From: a virus
Taxonomy: Duplodnaviria; Caudoviricetes
DNA: 28,059 nt
IMG/VR virus record: IMGVR_UViG_3300023257_000094
Location: 1 to 28,059 of that record
Direction: 5' to 3' (one strand)
Of this stretch, positions 15,868 through 25,651 are shown one piece after another (position 1 is the first letter of the stretch; each line of letters opens with the position of its first letter). Under the pieces are notes generated by a model. The model was not told where the DNA came from. It was given only the letters and a program-made list of their open reading frames with translations, and searched no databases. The position numbers and the translations under genes are program-made.

Positions 15868-16290
15868 ATGATAAATGCTAAGAAAAAAGGTAATGCTGGC
15901 GAAAATAGATTTGCTAAATGGCTAGCGTTAAAAGGGATTGATAATGCAAAACGCAATTCTGGGTCTGGTTCTGGACTTGCGAAGTCAGATGTGCATAATT
16001 CACTAGGGCTTAACCTTGAAGTAAAGACTGTTAAAGCTCTAAATCTAAAAAAAGCAATGGAGCAATCAGAGCGAGACGCAATGATGACGCACACTAAGCC
16101 TTATGTAGTTGTTCATTTTGATGGGATGCCTGAAGATACATGGATTATCTGTATGTCATCAGATGACTGGATTGAGTTATATAAACGCGCACAAGAGCCT
16201 AAGACCCCAGACAACGGAGGAAAAGAGCTTACATGGGCGTTAAAGACCCTCGTACAAGCCTGTAAGAAGGTAATTAAACTATTAGAATAA
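15868..16290 (+). CDS. Holliday-junction resolvase (Hjc-like PD-(D/E)XK)
   Basis: NAKKKGNAGE..RNSGSG..SDV..LEVK. Confidence 0.8.
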   Translation: MINAKKKGNAGENRFAKWLALKGIDNAKRNSGSGSGLAKSDVHNSLGLNLEVKTVKALNLKKAMEQSERDAMMTHTKPYVVVHFDGMPEDTWIICMSSDDWIELYKRAQEPKTPDNGGKELTWALKTLVQACKKVIKLLE

Positions 16291-16439
16291 ATATATGAAA
16301 ACATTTGAAGAATATTGGGCAGAAACAACAGCAGAACTTGGCATGGTTGGACAAGTGTCTGACGTAGAGGCTAAGAAGCATATTGCAAAACTAGAGTATG
16401 TGTTAAGGAACTTTATTAATGACTCATTAAAAAAGTAAT

Positions 16440-16826
16440 ATGAGCAAACTACTAACGACACCAGCAACAATCTCAAAAGTTCAAACAATGTCGCATCGTT
16501 CTTTACGTTTACAGGTAGACACAAACGAAGCATTATCTGATGAAGAGGTTGCAAAAATCATGTCTAACTATGAAAAGTTTGGATACTTTTGTTTTATAGA
16601 AGAAAAACATGGGGACATTAAACCAGAAGATCTTGTTGATCTACCTAAGCTACCTGCTACAGATGAATCAAGTAAAAAAACACCTAGTCAAAGACTAAGA
16701 AATGTACTTTATATTGAATGGAAGACACTAAAAACAAAAGAATATCAAGATAGGTACCCATTTGAAATATATTATAATGGTGAAATGAGTAGAGTTATCG
16801 AAGGAAGAAAAGATAAATTATTATGA
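16440..16826 (+). CDS. Phage hypothetical protein
   Basis: KTPSQRLRNVLY..W...FEIYY motif; last gene of the plus arm. Confidence 0.7.
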   Translation: MSKLLTTPATISKVQTMSHRSLRLQVDTNEALSDEEVAKIMSNYEKFGYFCFIEEKHGDIKPEDLVDLPKLPATDESSKKTPSQRLRNVLYIEWKTLKTKEYQDRYPFEIYYNGEMSRVIEGRKDKLL

Positions 16827-16868
16827 TTACAATTGGGACTTGCTTAGAAAGTTTTTAGATCAAGTAGA

Positions 16869-17567
16869 TTAGAACTTTGGTAATCCCTCTATATCTCGTA
16901 AATTCATTGGTACTGGGAAACCAGCGCCACTTTCAATAAACTCACCAAGACTAACACCAATACGAACTTTAACTGTATTGTCATCAAATTTTCTAAGTAA
17001 GCATCTCTTTGATCTACGTACACCTAGTGTAGCGTATTTTGCTGATACTTTTAATACTGTTGGTTCTTTGCTACCCGGTAAATCACAAAAGAATTTGTAA
17101 ATTGCCTTGTTGTAATTCATTGCTTTGTCAAACTGCATAAGTCCACCGTTAATTATATAATTGTAATACCACTCCGGATCTATCCAATTTCCTTTTGAAT
17201 CTTCTATATCCGTGTGAAGATGTGGTCGATATTTTATTATCACACCACGTGAGTTTCTCATACTACCACTGTTTCCAGTGACAGCTATTTGTTGACCAGC
17301 ATTTATTCGCTGGCCACTACGTACTAGAACCTTATCGAGATGTAGGAATCTATGTAAGTATCCTAGATCATCTAAAAATTCTATACGTAATCCACCGGTT
17401 ATACCAGTGCTAATAATTTTTATTCTACCGCCCGTTGGAGCATATAAGTTTACAAATGACGCTACATAATCTGTACCGTAATGATGTCTACCCCAATAAG
17501 CATAGTAATTCCGGTCTTTGAATCCCGCTGTTATAACTCTCTCATCTAAGCAAAATCTATTTGACAT
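16869..17567 (-). CDS. M23 peptidase (probable endolysin)
   Basis: HYGTD, FLHL, TGNSG, PHLH. Confidence 0.9.
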   Translation of the reverse strand: MSNRFCLDERVITAGFKDRNYYAYWGRHHYGTDYVASFVNLYAPTGGRIKIISTGITGGLRIEFLDDLGYLHRFLHLDKVLVRSGQRINAGQQIAVTGNSGSMRNSRGVIIKYRPHLHTDIEDSKGNWIDPEWYYNYIINGGLMQFDKAMNYNKAIYKFFCDLPGSKEPTVLKVSAKYATLGVRRSKRCLLRKFDDNTVKVRIGVSLGEFIESGAGFPVPMNLRDIEGLPKF

Positions 17568-17569
17568 AA

Positions 17570-18331
17570 TTATATTTTATAAAGTTTACCACCGTAGAAA
17601 AATTGATAATCTACAATAGGGATCTGATAAAGATGAAATCTGTCTTTGTTTTTTTTCTTATATACAACACTAAAGCAATGTTGCCAGTTAGGATCGCCTG
17701 TCCAGTCAGGGTTTAAGTCACACAAGCATCCATTCTCATACCCTACAAGGGTACCACCACCATAGATAGTCTTGTAGTAACTACCCATTCTATGGCAGTG
17801 ACCCTGTATTGCGCAGATAGCTTTGTCTTCTACAATACTTTTAACTGAAGCTGTAGAGTGTTTAGAAGCCTTATTCCAGTGTCCAATATACAAGGCTCCA
17901 TACTTTGTATATGATTCCTTTAATCCTGAGTAAACTATCTCTATATCTAAACTTTGGTCAATCTGATCCTCTAGTTTGGTTCCATTAAGCCCGTACAGCC
18001 CTTCAGCGTTGATTAGGTATGTTTTGAAGCGATGTTCGTGGTTTCCAAAGATATAGATTATTCTCGCCTTAGGGACAAGCTTACGTACTGTAGCGAGAAA
18101 CTCATTCAGCATCTCTATTTCTCTTGCTAGTTGTCTTCCTTGATTATTGTCAGGTGGTTTAGGAAACTTAGATAACGCCCAGCAATCAATTAAATCTCCA
18201 TCTAAAAATACTACATCAGGCTTCTCTTTCTTGATAAACATTAAGAATAAATCAACAGCTTTTTGGTCGTGGTATGGAAAATGAATATCATTTGCTATTA
18301 CAGCTAGTTCCCACTCTTTTCTATTTATCAT
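17570..18331 (-). CDS. Calcineurin-like metallophosphoesterase
   Basis: DIH, GDLID, GNHE, GHCHR. Confidence 0.9.
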   Translation of the reverse strand: MINRKEWELAVIANDIHFPYHDQKAVDLFLMFIKKEKPDVVFLDGDLIDCWALSKFPKPPDNNQGRQLAREIEMLNEFLATVRKLVPKARIIYIFGNHEHRFKTYLINAEGLYGLNGTKLEDQIDQSLDIEIVYSGLKESYTKYGALYIGHWNKASKHSTASVKSIVEDKAICAIQGHCHRMGSYYKTIYGGGTLVGYENGCLCDLNPDWTGDPNWQHCFSVVYKKKNKDRFHLYQIPIVDYQFFYGGKLYKI

Positions 18332-18567
18332 AACCCCTCTATTTTAGTTATTAAGCTTTTATGAATAACTGTAAAGTCTTTATCTTTTTCTGTTTTATCA
18401 GAAAACCCAGCACTAACGATGTGTATTTCGTTTTTCTTTTTGACGATATAACCTACGTTCCATCGTTCAGTCATACTGCCAATTTCTGAATCTATATGAG
18501 AGGTGGGGTCGGTCCAGTATACTTTGTATACCGTTTTTTTCTTGACCCCACCCAGTTTAATTAACAT
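18328..18567 (-). CDS. Phage hypothetical protein
   Basis: V.W.D..VGY..I...I pattern; coupled to neighbours. Confidence 0.65.
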   Translation of the reverse strand: MLIKLGGVKKKTVYKVYWTDPTSHIDSEIGSMTERWNVGYIVKKKNEIHIVSAGFSDKTEKDKDFTVIHKSLITKIEGL

Positions 18568-18862
18568 AATCGTTAACCATTTGCAGATAAATCTGCTTCA
18601 TTGATCTAAAGATCCGAATCTGTTTTTGTTTTGATGGTCTTTTTAGGAGCCTTTTTTGTTTCATCATTATTGCGATGATCCTTTCTTCGAAACGACGAAT
18701 AATCGTTTCTAACTCTCTATGACATTCGTTACAAAATAGAACTTTTATTCTGTTTTTCTTTCCCTTACCGAACCAACGTACAGGGTGGACGTGGTGCCGA
18801 CTTGGGGAATTAGCACGTTTTCCACCTTTTTTTAATTTCTTATTACACTTGCTACATCGCAT
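18557..18862 (-). CDS. Small HNH-family protein
   Basis: CSKC..RHHVHP..FCNECH. Confidence 0.7.
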   Translation of the reverse strand: MRCSKCNKKLKKGGKRANSPSRHHVHPVRWFGKGKKNRIKVLFCNECHRELETIIRRFEERIIAIMMKQKRLLKRPSKQKQIRIFRSMKQIYLQMVNDYVN

Positions 18863-18868
18863 GTATGC

Positions 18869-19111
18869 CTACCATTTCTTCCCGACTATTCGGGATGCGA
18901 AGTATTGTTTGTATTTCTGAGCCGTAACCCAGTCTGTCTTGTGCCACCCGCATTCAGAACATGCAAAGCTACATTTGAAGAACGCTCGACAATGAGTGAT
19001 AACTCGTATGCGTAACTCCGCCTTTTGTCTGCATGCTTGGCATACAAAGTCTAGGCAAAATCGCATGTTAGCCATCTTCAATCTCCTTAATCTCTTTCTC
19101 GAGGGATTCAA
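18869..19111 (-). CDS. Zn-finger protein (start possibly internal)
   Basis: CQAC and CSEC pairs. Confidence 0.5.
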   Translation of the reverse strand: MNPSRKRLRRLKMANMRFCLDFVCQACRQKAELRIRVITHCRAFFKCSFACSECGWHKTDWVTAQKYKQYFASRIVGKKW

Positions 19112-19259
19112 TCCAAGCTATTGGATATAGTTCCATCTCACAAATAATAGAGATGACGATTGGTGAGAAGTATTCTGTTGGTATTTTACCAGCCACAGAA
19201 ACCGCCTTTGCTACGTCACGGAGACGTTGCAATACTTGAAGCTTCTCTTCGTTAGTCAC
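19068..19259 (-). CDS. Hypothetical protein
   Basis: GTG start, operon packing. Confidence 0.5.
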   Translation of the reverse strand: MTNEEKLQVLQRLRDVAKAVSVAGKIPTEYFSPIVISIICEMELYPIAWIESLEKEIKEIEDG

Positions 19260-19295
19260 AATGGACTCCTTTTCTAAATTGTTAAAAGAACGGTT

Positions 19296-22200
19296 TTATA
19301 GTTTTGGTAGTTTCGGTAATGAAATACCTTCGCCACCTATTGATGGTAATTTTGGTAAAGTTGGTAATCCAGACGTACTTTCTTTCTTCTTATCACTTGC
19401 ACCACTTAAAGCATATTCACTCCAACCGAGTATCTGTCCAATACCATTTCGTGCGTTTCCTTCTAGTAAGTCAGCTATGCCCTTAGAGATTTGTAATGCT
19501 TGTTGTGTTGGTAATCCAATAGAACCACCGACACCAGCAAGACCATCAACTGCTTGCATATAATCCTCTGTTGTAATGTCATCTGCTCTGAGGTTACGCA
19601 TTATCTTGTTTACGTCTTTTGCAATAGTAGCAACTGGTATCTCTAAATCCCAGACTTGCATACCAAGCGCACCTCTTAAAATACTATCAGCAATATCACC
19701 AAAGATAAATATGCCATTGATTGATCCTAGTAAACCAGCACGTAAGTATTCTTTCTTGTCCTTGTCACTGAAACCACCTAAGTTTGCGATGAACTGGAAT
19801 GTTACAGGCAATAATACATGATAGATAAATAATGTCTTTGCAACTCTTGTAAGGTTCTTTTTAGATGCACCACCATCTTGAAATAGACTGCGGACTGCAT
19901 TGAGTTCCTTCTGAAAATATGAACGCTGTGAGGATTTGAACATTGTGAATAGTTTTTCAAGACTGCTTCCACGTTGTGCCTGTGATAAACGTGAAATATC
20001 AGAAGACTGTTGTGTCCCTTGACTGAACTCCTCATAAGTACCGATAACCTCATCAAGTGCTTTCCCTTCTTTGAGTAATGACTTACGCATAGCCCATGCA
20101 CCCATAAGGATTGCACTCTTATCACCAAGACGTACATTCAACATCATGGTATTAAAGAAGTTCTGACTCTTGGAATACTTTTTGTATACATCAGATTCAA
20201 CTGCTGCTTTTATATCACGTTCAAGGTTTGATCCACGTTCTTGTATGAACGTACTTTCGTCTAACAGGATTCGTGTATTCTTAATTGGGTTCTTTAAGAA
20301 GTCTGCAACACCAACGGTAAATTCTTTTGGAGATAACTTCTCCATATATGCAAGTGTTGAGACTAACTGTTTAATAGCAATAGCTGGTTTTATCATCAAT
20401 GCACCAACAGTGAACTTCTTACGAAGCCAATCGATAGCATTAAATGTTCGCGCTGTTCTGTTGCCGTTCGTTGATAAATCGTTGATAACATTTCCAATAG
20501 TTTCTAACATCGGCTTGCCAAACTCCTGCTTGATTGCTTCACGCACCTTACTATCTGAAAAGACGCTATCCATTTCTCGTATCTTGTCTACCCATGCAAT
20601 GTAGTAGTTTGTTTCTGTAATGTGTCTATCAAGTGCTTCTAAACTACCTTGCTTTGCAATAGGTAGGATATTATTTACACGACTCTTGAGACTCTTGTTT
20701 GTTACAGCTCTGCGATATGTTGCTTCTTGTATGAACTCACCGAAACCTTTTGAGGTATCAACTCTAAATCCAACTCTTTGAATCGGTGAATAGAACTTGT
20801 TGAATGGTAAATCAACACCATTGATTATTCGATATACTTTATTGATCTTATGGTACTGTTCCAGATACAACTCCATTTGCTTATCTGCGAATGTCTTATC
20901 TTTGTTTGTGAGATTATCTTCGATTGTGGACATAATTTCTTCTGTATATTTATTAGCTTCTGTAAAACTTGAAAAAAGCGTCGGGTCTTGAAATTCCATG
21001 TACCGTTTTATCATTTCATCTTTTGTCATAACAAGATCGCGTGTCTTTCCATCAGCCCACCTATATGTTCCTAAGTATACTTCTTCATTGTTTTCAATAA
21101 TCTGTTTCTGGATAGCTGTTTTGTTATTCTCAATGCCATACGATTTAGAAATTATTGTACTCAACTTCTTAACATATTTCGCCTGTGATTCTTTATATGT
21201 GTTTTCTTGATTCAAAACACTAAAGACTCGGTTGAGAGCTGTGTCCCCAACTTTACTATTAAAAGAAAGTGCTGTCAGAATCCCCTGCCAATCTAAGACC
21301 CAGCTTTTTCCTAAAGACTTGAATAGTTGTTTCGCTCGTTCTTTTCTTGTAAGTTTTGACTCTGCTGCGATAGCACGATCTGGTGATATACCTTTATTGC
21401 CAGTGACCTTATCAACAACGAGATTCCTTCTGCGGTCTATTTCTGCTTGCGTATTAAGTTTGCGCAATTCAGCAGTCATCTGACCTGACAGTCTCATCTT
21501 TCTAATCTCACCTAAGAGTTCTTGTAATGAAGCGGAGTCCTTAGAAGTCATGGAGAGTATTCTATTCTCTAGTGCTACCTCTGGTGGTACGGACTTCTCG
21601 TTCTCGTATTGTTTGAGATTTGCTTCCAGCCGGGCTTCTTTCGCTACATTTTTAAGTTTTATCACATCTCGTACTGTATCAAATACTTTCTGAACATCAG
21701 CGGTGTATTTCCCCCTTGGTTTACCTGATTGACTTCTAGTTTTGGTTTTCCTTATCTCTTGTACAATATCTTTGCGTAAGCTTGATCGTTCTGACTTCTC
21801 TGTTATATCTAAAATACGCTCTTGGTATTGCTGTAAATCCCTTATAGTCTTTGCGTTCTTTACTTTTACTAAGATTTCTTTGCGCCCTGCGTCACTACGC
21901 TTTAAGTTCTTTTGTATAAAATCAATAAGACTACGCTTGATTTTCTCAATGTCTTTAGTCTTGTTTGTTTGCTTCAGTAAAGGTATTTTCTTAGAGATCT
22001 TTGCTGTAATATCTTTTTGTAGTATTTTTAAGAACTTGCCTTTAGTTTTTTCATTTGCTTTCTTTGATAGGCCTCCCACACCTCTTTCTTTAACTGTTGC
22101 TTTGATTTGCCCTTCGTTGAGATCAACGCGATTAGTTTTTTCATTTGCTTTATTATATTGATCTCTAGCTGTAGCCTTTGTCTCTACTGGTGTGTACTCA

Positions 22201-24167
22201 ACACCTTTCTGTGGTTCACTAGTAATGGTAGTCCCAGCCTTTGGAGCTTCTGCTTTACTAGGAGTCTTAGTCTCTGGAGCAGCAGGTTCAATCATATTCT
22301 CAGGAACACTTTCACCTGCTATCTTCTCAGGAATCTTTGCTTTATTATATATATCTGTTAGTTGGGATTTTGTTTTAATTAAGTCTTTATTCCATACTCC
22401 TATATTTTTAGCAAAAGGAACTTCTGCTGTTATTTGTCCATCATATCCTAACTTTTTTAAGATAGTTTTAATTTCTGATAATTCAGCGAAATGTGCTTTA
22501 CCACCTTTTATTCCTTTTAATACTTGCTCTGTAGAAAATGGATGAAAACTAAAATTCTTTTCTCCGTAAGGAACATTTTTAGCTAACTTTGCATTAACAA
22601 TTTCTTCAATTTTAGATACAAGTTCAGCACTTGGTTTTCTCATATCAGCTAGGTTAGCAGATTTATCTAATACCATTTCATTTACTACTGACTTATTTCC
22701 ACCAAATGATTTGGCATAAGTAGCATCATCTGTTAGATAAAATGTTTTGCCAAAGTTTGATTTACCTAATTTAACTGAATCTATTTTAGAACCCCCGTGA
22801 TATAAAACTTCTTGTGCATTAATAAACTCCTCAGCTGTCTTAAACTTCTGTGCTTCTATAAATCGTGGTATGAGTCTTATCTTTTGATTTGATACTTCAT
22901 TCTTTATCATTAGACTTTTTGATGTGTTCTCATCTTTTACAAAAGGAATCTTTGCAAACCCTGCACGGTTCTCTGATGTCTGTGACTTCACAAAGTCTTT
23001 AGCCTGTTCACTTCTAACAGTATCAGTTGTAAGCCCTGCTGGGCCACCAAGTAAGAATCCGAAGAATGCTGCTTCACCAACACCAGCAAGTACATCTCTA
23101 TTCTCGTCATACACTTGTGCCACAACATTAGCGACAATCTCCTGCAAACTTTCTGTACCACTCTCAAGTGCGCCTTGTTTTAGAATACGCTGTGTTACTT
23201 CTTTAAGAATACTGCGTTTCATTTTCTTACCAATAGGACTTCTTGTTAAGGCTTTCCCAATAGGGATTGTATCAATTAAACCATTAGCAATACCAACCAT
23301 TAACATTACCTTCTCTGCGGTTTCATCATCTGCACCAAATGCTTTTGCGTCTTGATATGCAAAACCACCCTCAAGCGAAGCAGAAGTTCCAAACGCAACA
23401 GCACCAGCAACAAACGGGCCACCAACAGGAAGTGTTGCTAGACCTATCCCATAACTAGCTGCGAGATTAGGTAGATTTTGTCCAAGTCCGCGTGCTGTCC
23501 ATTTTGGGTCTCGTATCTTATTCATAAATGTTTGACCATCATGAATATCAATACCCTTAACTACTGTAGATAGTTTCTGGTCGCTATTTGCTGTATCAAG
23601 CAACTTCTGTCCTATCTCCTTATAAATTTTCTTTGTAAGCACACCTGCTGTTGATCCAAGTGCTGATCCTGCTGCAAGCGTACCACCTCGTAAACTCTCA
23701 GTAAATACTTCAATAGCAGACATGTCCTCTTGCTCTTTACGTTTGCGCTTATCTTCTACTTTCGTAAATCTACGTTGCCCTGAATCAGGAAGAATACCGA
23801 CTGTAGATGGTCGGCCTAGCACAACATTCTTTTGTATGCGTTGTCCTATGTCTCCAACCTGCGCATTAACTGGGCCTAAACCAAGGTTCAATCTCTCATT
23901 AATAGTCATTGGTTTGGAACGTGGTGCATCAACATTGAACTCCAGTCTGCTCGGTCTTGGTGTAAAGGTTTTTATTGGCTCTCTACCAAAAAACTGCTTC
24001 CCTATTCGTTGTTGGGGATTGAAACGTAAAATGTTCTCAAGTGGACTAACTTGAGTTTTCTTCTTAGTATTTTTTGTAAGAAGCGGTATAAGGTTACCAG
24101 ACGAACCTTGACCGCTACCTACAGAAGTGTTTGACTTCTTCTTTGGTAAAAGCGGTATTAAGGACAT
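19296..24167 (-). CDS. Large internal virion/ejection (polyvalent-type) protein with an ART-like domain
   Basis: 1623 aa; Gly/Ala hydrophobic region with EGGFAY and ESGTESLQE; LYHGG..FYLTDDATYAKSF..GYDG module; helical C-terminus. Confidence 0.75.
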   Translation of the reverse strand: MSLIPLLPKKKSNTSVGSGQGSSGNLIPLLTKNTKKKTQVSPLENILRFNPQQRIGKQFFGREPIKTFTPRPSRLEFNVDAPRSKPMTINERLNLGLGPVNAQVGDIGQRIQKNVVLGRPSTVGILPDSGQRRFTKVEDKRKRKEQEDMSAIEVFTESLRGGTLAAGSALGSTAGVLTKKIYKEIGQKLLDTANSDQKLSTVVKGIDIHDGQTFMNKIRDPKWTARGLGQNLPNLAASYGIGLATLPVGGPFVAGAVAFGTSASLEGGFAYQDAKAFGADDETAEKVMLMVGIANGLIDTIPIGKALTRSPIGKKMKRSILKEVTQRILKQGALESGTESLQEIVANVVAQVYDENRDVLAGVGEAAFFGFLLGGPAGLTTDTVRSEQAKDFVKSQTSENRAGFAKIPFVKDENTSKSLMIKNEVSNQKIRLIPRFIEAQKFKTAEEFINAQEVLYHGGSKIDSVKLGKSNFGKTFYLTDDATYAKSFGGNKSVVNEMVLDKSANLADMRKPSAELVSKIEEIVNAKLAKNVPYGEKNFSFHPFSTEQVLKGIKGGKAHFAELSEIKTILKKLGYDGQITAEVPFAKNIGVWNKDLIKTKSQLTDIYNKAKIPEKIAGESVPENMIEPAAPETKTPSKAEAPKAGTTITSEPQKGVEYTPVETKATARDQYNKANEKTNRVDLNEGQIKATVKERGVGGLSKKANEKTKGKFLKILQKDITAKISKKIPLLKQTNKTKDIEKIKRSLIDFIQKNLKRSDAGRKEILVKVKNAKTIRDLQQYQERILDITEKSERSSLRKDIVQEIRKTKTRSQSGKPRGKYTADVQKVFDTVRDVIKLKNVAKEARLEANLKQYENEKSVPPEVALENRILSMTSKDSASLQELLGEIRKMRLSGQMTAELRKLNTQAEIDRRRNLVVDKVTGNKGISPDRAIAAESKLTRKERAKQLFKSLGKSWVLDWQGILTALSFNSKVGDTALNRVFSVLNQENTYKESQAKYVKKLSTIISKSYGIENNKTAIQKQIIENNEEVYLGTYRWADGKTRDLVMTKDEMIKRYMEFQDPTLFSSFTEANKYTEEIMSTIEDNLTNKDKTFADKQMELYLEQYHKINKVYRIINGVDLPFNKFYSPIQRVGFRVDTSKGFGEFIQEATYRRAVTNKSLKSRVNNILPIAKQGSLEALDRHITETNYYIAWVDKIREMDSVFSDSKVREAIKQEFGKPMLETIGNVINDLSTNGNRTARTFNAIDWLRKKFTVGALMIKPAIAIKQLVSTLAYMEKLSPKEFTVGVADFLKNPIKNTRILLDESTFIQERGSNLERDIKAAVESDVYKKYSKSQNFFNTMMLNVRLGDKSAILMGAWAMRKSLLKEGKALDEVIGTYEEFSQGTQQSSDISRLSQAQRGSSLEKLFTMFKSSQRSYFQKELNAVRSLFQDGGASKKNLTRVAKTLFIYHVLLPVTFQFIANLGGFSDKDKKEYLRAGLLGSINGIFIFGDIADSILRGALGMQVWDLEIPVATIAKDVNKIMRNLRADDITTEDYMQAVDGLAGVGGSIGLPTQQALQISKGIADLLEGNARNGIGQILGWSEYALSGASDKKKESTSGLPTLPKLPSIGGEGISLPKLPKL

Positions 24168-24168
24168 A

Positions 24169-25632
24169 TTATGATTGTAATTCTTTTAGAATCTCACGAT
24201 CTTTATACCCAGCATTACGCATTTCCCTAACTCTTGCCATATAGGTTTCTTCAGCATACTTCGTTACATCTACTTTATCTCCTATGCCTAAGAAGCCACC
24301 CTTCATATATCCAGCGTCTTGTGCTGCTTTTTTAAGTGTCTCACCATATGTATTTACAAAGTAATCTGCACTCAGGAACTGTCTATTTTCTGTTTCAGTA
24401 TCTGCTTCTTCGGTTAAGTCTCTACCGAATGTACTATACAATGCGTTCTTCTGTTGATCTGAAAGATCTGTTGCACCAACAATATCATCAACTGTATTAC
24501 CATTTTGAATATTTGTTTCAAAGTTTTGTATATCAGTTTGTAAAAACCCTGCACCTAGTAATGTATTGATATTAGATGTACTAAATGTAAATTCATCTTC
24601 ATAATCACCCGATGGTTGATTCGCTCTATTAGCTGATGCTGTTTGTGCTGCTTTTAGACCACGTTCTTGATCGTATCTTTCACGTGCAACACGACTCATA
24701 GCCTCCCATGTTGATTTTAGTTCTGGGAATGCCTTTAAGAATAACTCAGGTGCTTGTCCTGACTCTAATGCTTCTGGGCTAAATGCTAGTTGGCGTAATA
24801 CTTCCATCTCAGCGTTATTAGCAGCTTTCTCTTCAGCACGTTGTAATGCGGCCATACCGTTACTAATCAATCCAGTAGGCATACCAGCTACTTGTTCAAG
24901 TTGAGCAATTTGTTCAGGTGATGTTCCTTCTAAAGCCATTGGGCCAAAGGTAGAGAACATATTAAAGACTTGGTTCTGTATTCCAACTTGGAAGTCTTGT
25001 TGTCGTTGATAGTTACGTGATTCAACATCTGACTTTAATTGAAATTCTTGTATCTCTTGACTTCTCATATTCTCACCAACAGTAGATGCCATTGATAGTA
25101 CATTACCAAAGTTTTGAATCTGTCCTTGATAACTTGTGATCTGTTCATTAATACCTTCAATCTCTGGAGTAATTGCTGATGCATCAGCGCTTCTTAATGC
25201 TGATTGTTCTTGTGGAGATAATGATCGTAATTCTTCTGGAGTAATTTCACTAACTCGATCAAACTGTGCTTTTAGTAATGCATTCTTTCTAGTCTGAAGA
25301 CTTGCTGGATTTAATCCTTGATACGTTTTAAGTACGTCCATTAATGCAGTATTAAATTGACCAAAGCCCTCTTGTGATGGAGCTTCAGGTACAGGTGGTG
25401 GAGGAGTAAGTCCTCCAAATAATTGTGAGGTTGATCTTGATTGTTGGGACTCTGGACGAGCAGCTATTGGAGTAGTTGGTGGTGCTCCTTCGTATCCTAT
25501 AGCACGTTCATTCGCGCCCATAAGGAAAAACCCCTCACCAAATAATTGTGATGCTTGTCTTGACCCTGATAATACAACCTCCTTTTGACCAGTCGTAGGA
25601 TTAATGAGGGTAGCGAGTTTTGTATTAATCAT
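24169..25632 (-). CDS. Internal virion/ejection protein (likely start MINTK at 25632)
   Basis: Q/A-rich helical ORF adjacent to the large virion gene. Confidence 0.65.
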   Translation of the reverse strand: MINTKLATLINPTTGQKEVVLSGSRQASQLFGEGFFLMGANERAIGYEGAPPTTPIAARPESQQSRSTSQLFGGLTPPPPVPEAPSQEGFGQFNTALMDVLKTYQGLNPASLQTRKNALLKAQFDRVSEITPEELRSLSPQEQSALRSADASAITPEIEGINEQITSYQGQIQNFGNVLSMASTVGENMRSQEIQEFQLKSDVESRNYQRQQDFQVGIQNQVFNMFSTFGPMALEGTSPEQIAQLEQVAGMPTGLISNGMAALQRAEEKAANNAEMEVLRQLAFSPEALESGQAPELFLKAFPELKSTWEAMSRVARERYDQERGLKAAQTASANRANQPSGDYEDEFTFSTSNINTLLGAGFLQTDIQNFETNIQNGNTVDDIVGATDLSDQQKNALYSTFGRDLTEEADTETENRQFLSADYFVNTYGETLKKAAQDAGYMKGGFLGIGDKVDVTKYAEETYMARVREMRNAGYKDREILKELQS

Positions 25633-25651
25633 ATGTTTATTATAGTTAATT

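Noticed and set aside
16838-16866. Bidirectional terminator between the convergent arms
   Set aside because: Only a weak interrupted stem (ACTTG...CAAGT) without clear U-tracts
19261-24569. Many plus-strand ORFs opposite the large virion genes
   Set aside because: Antisense shadows with no recognisable motifs
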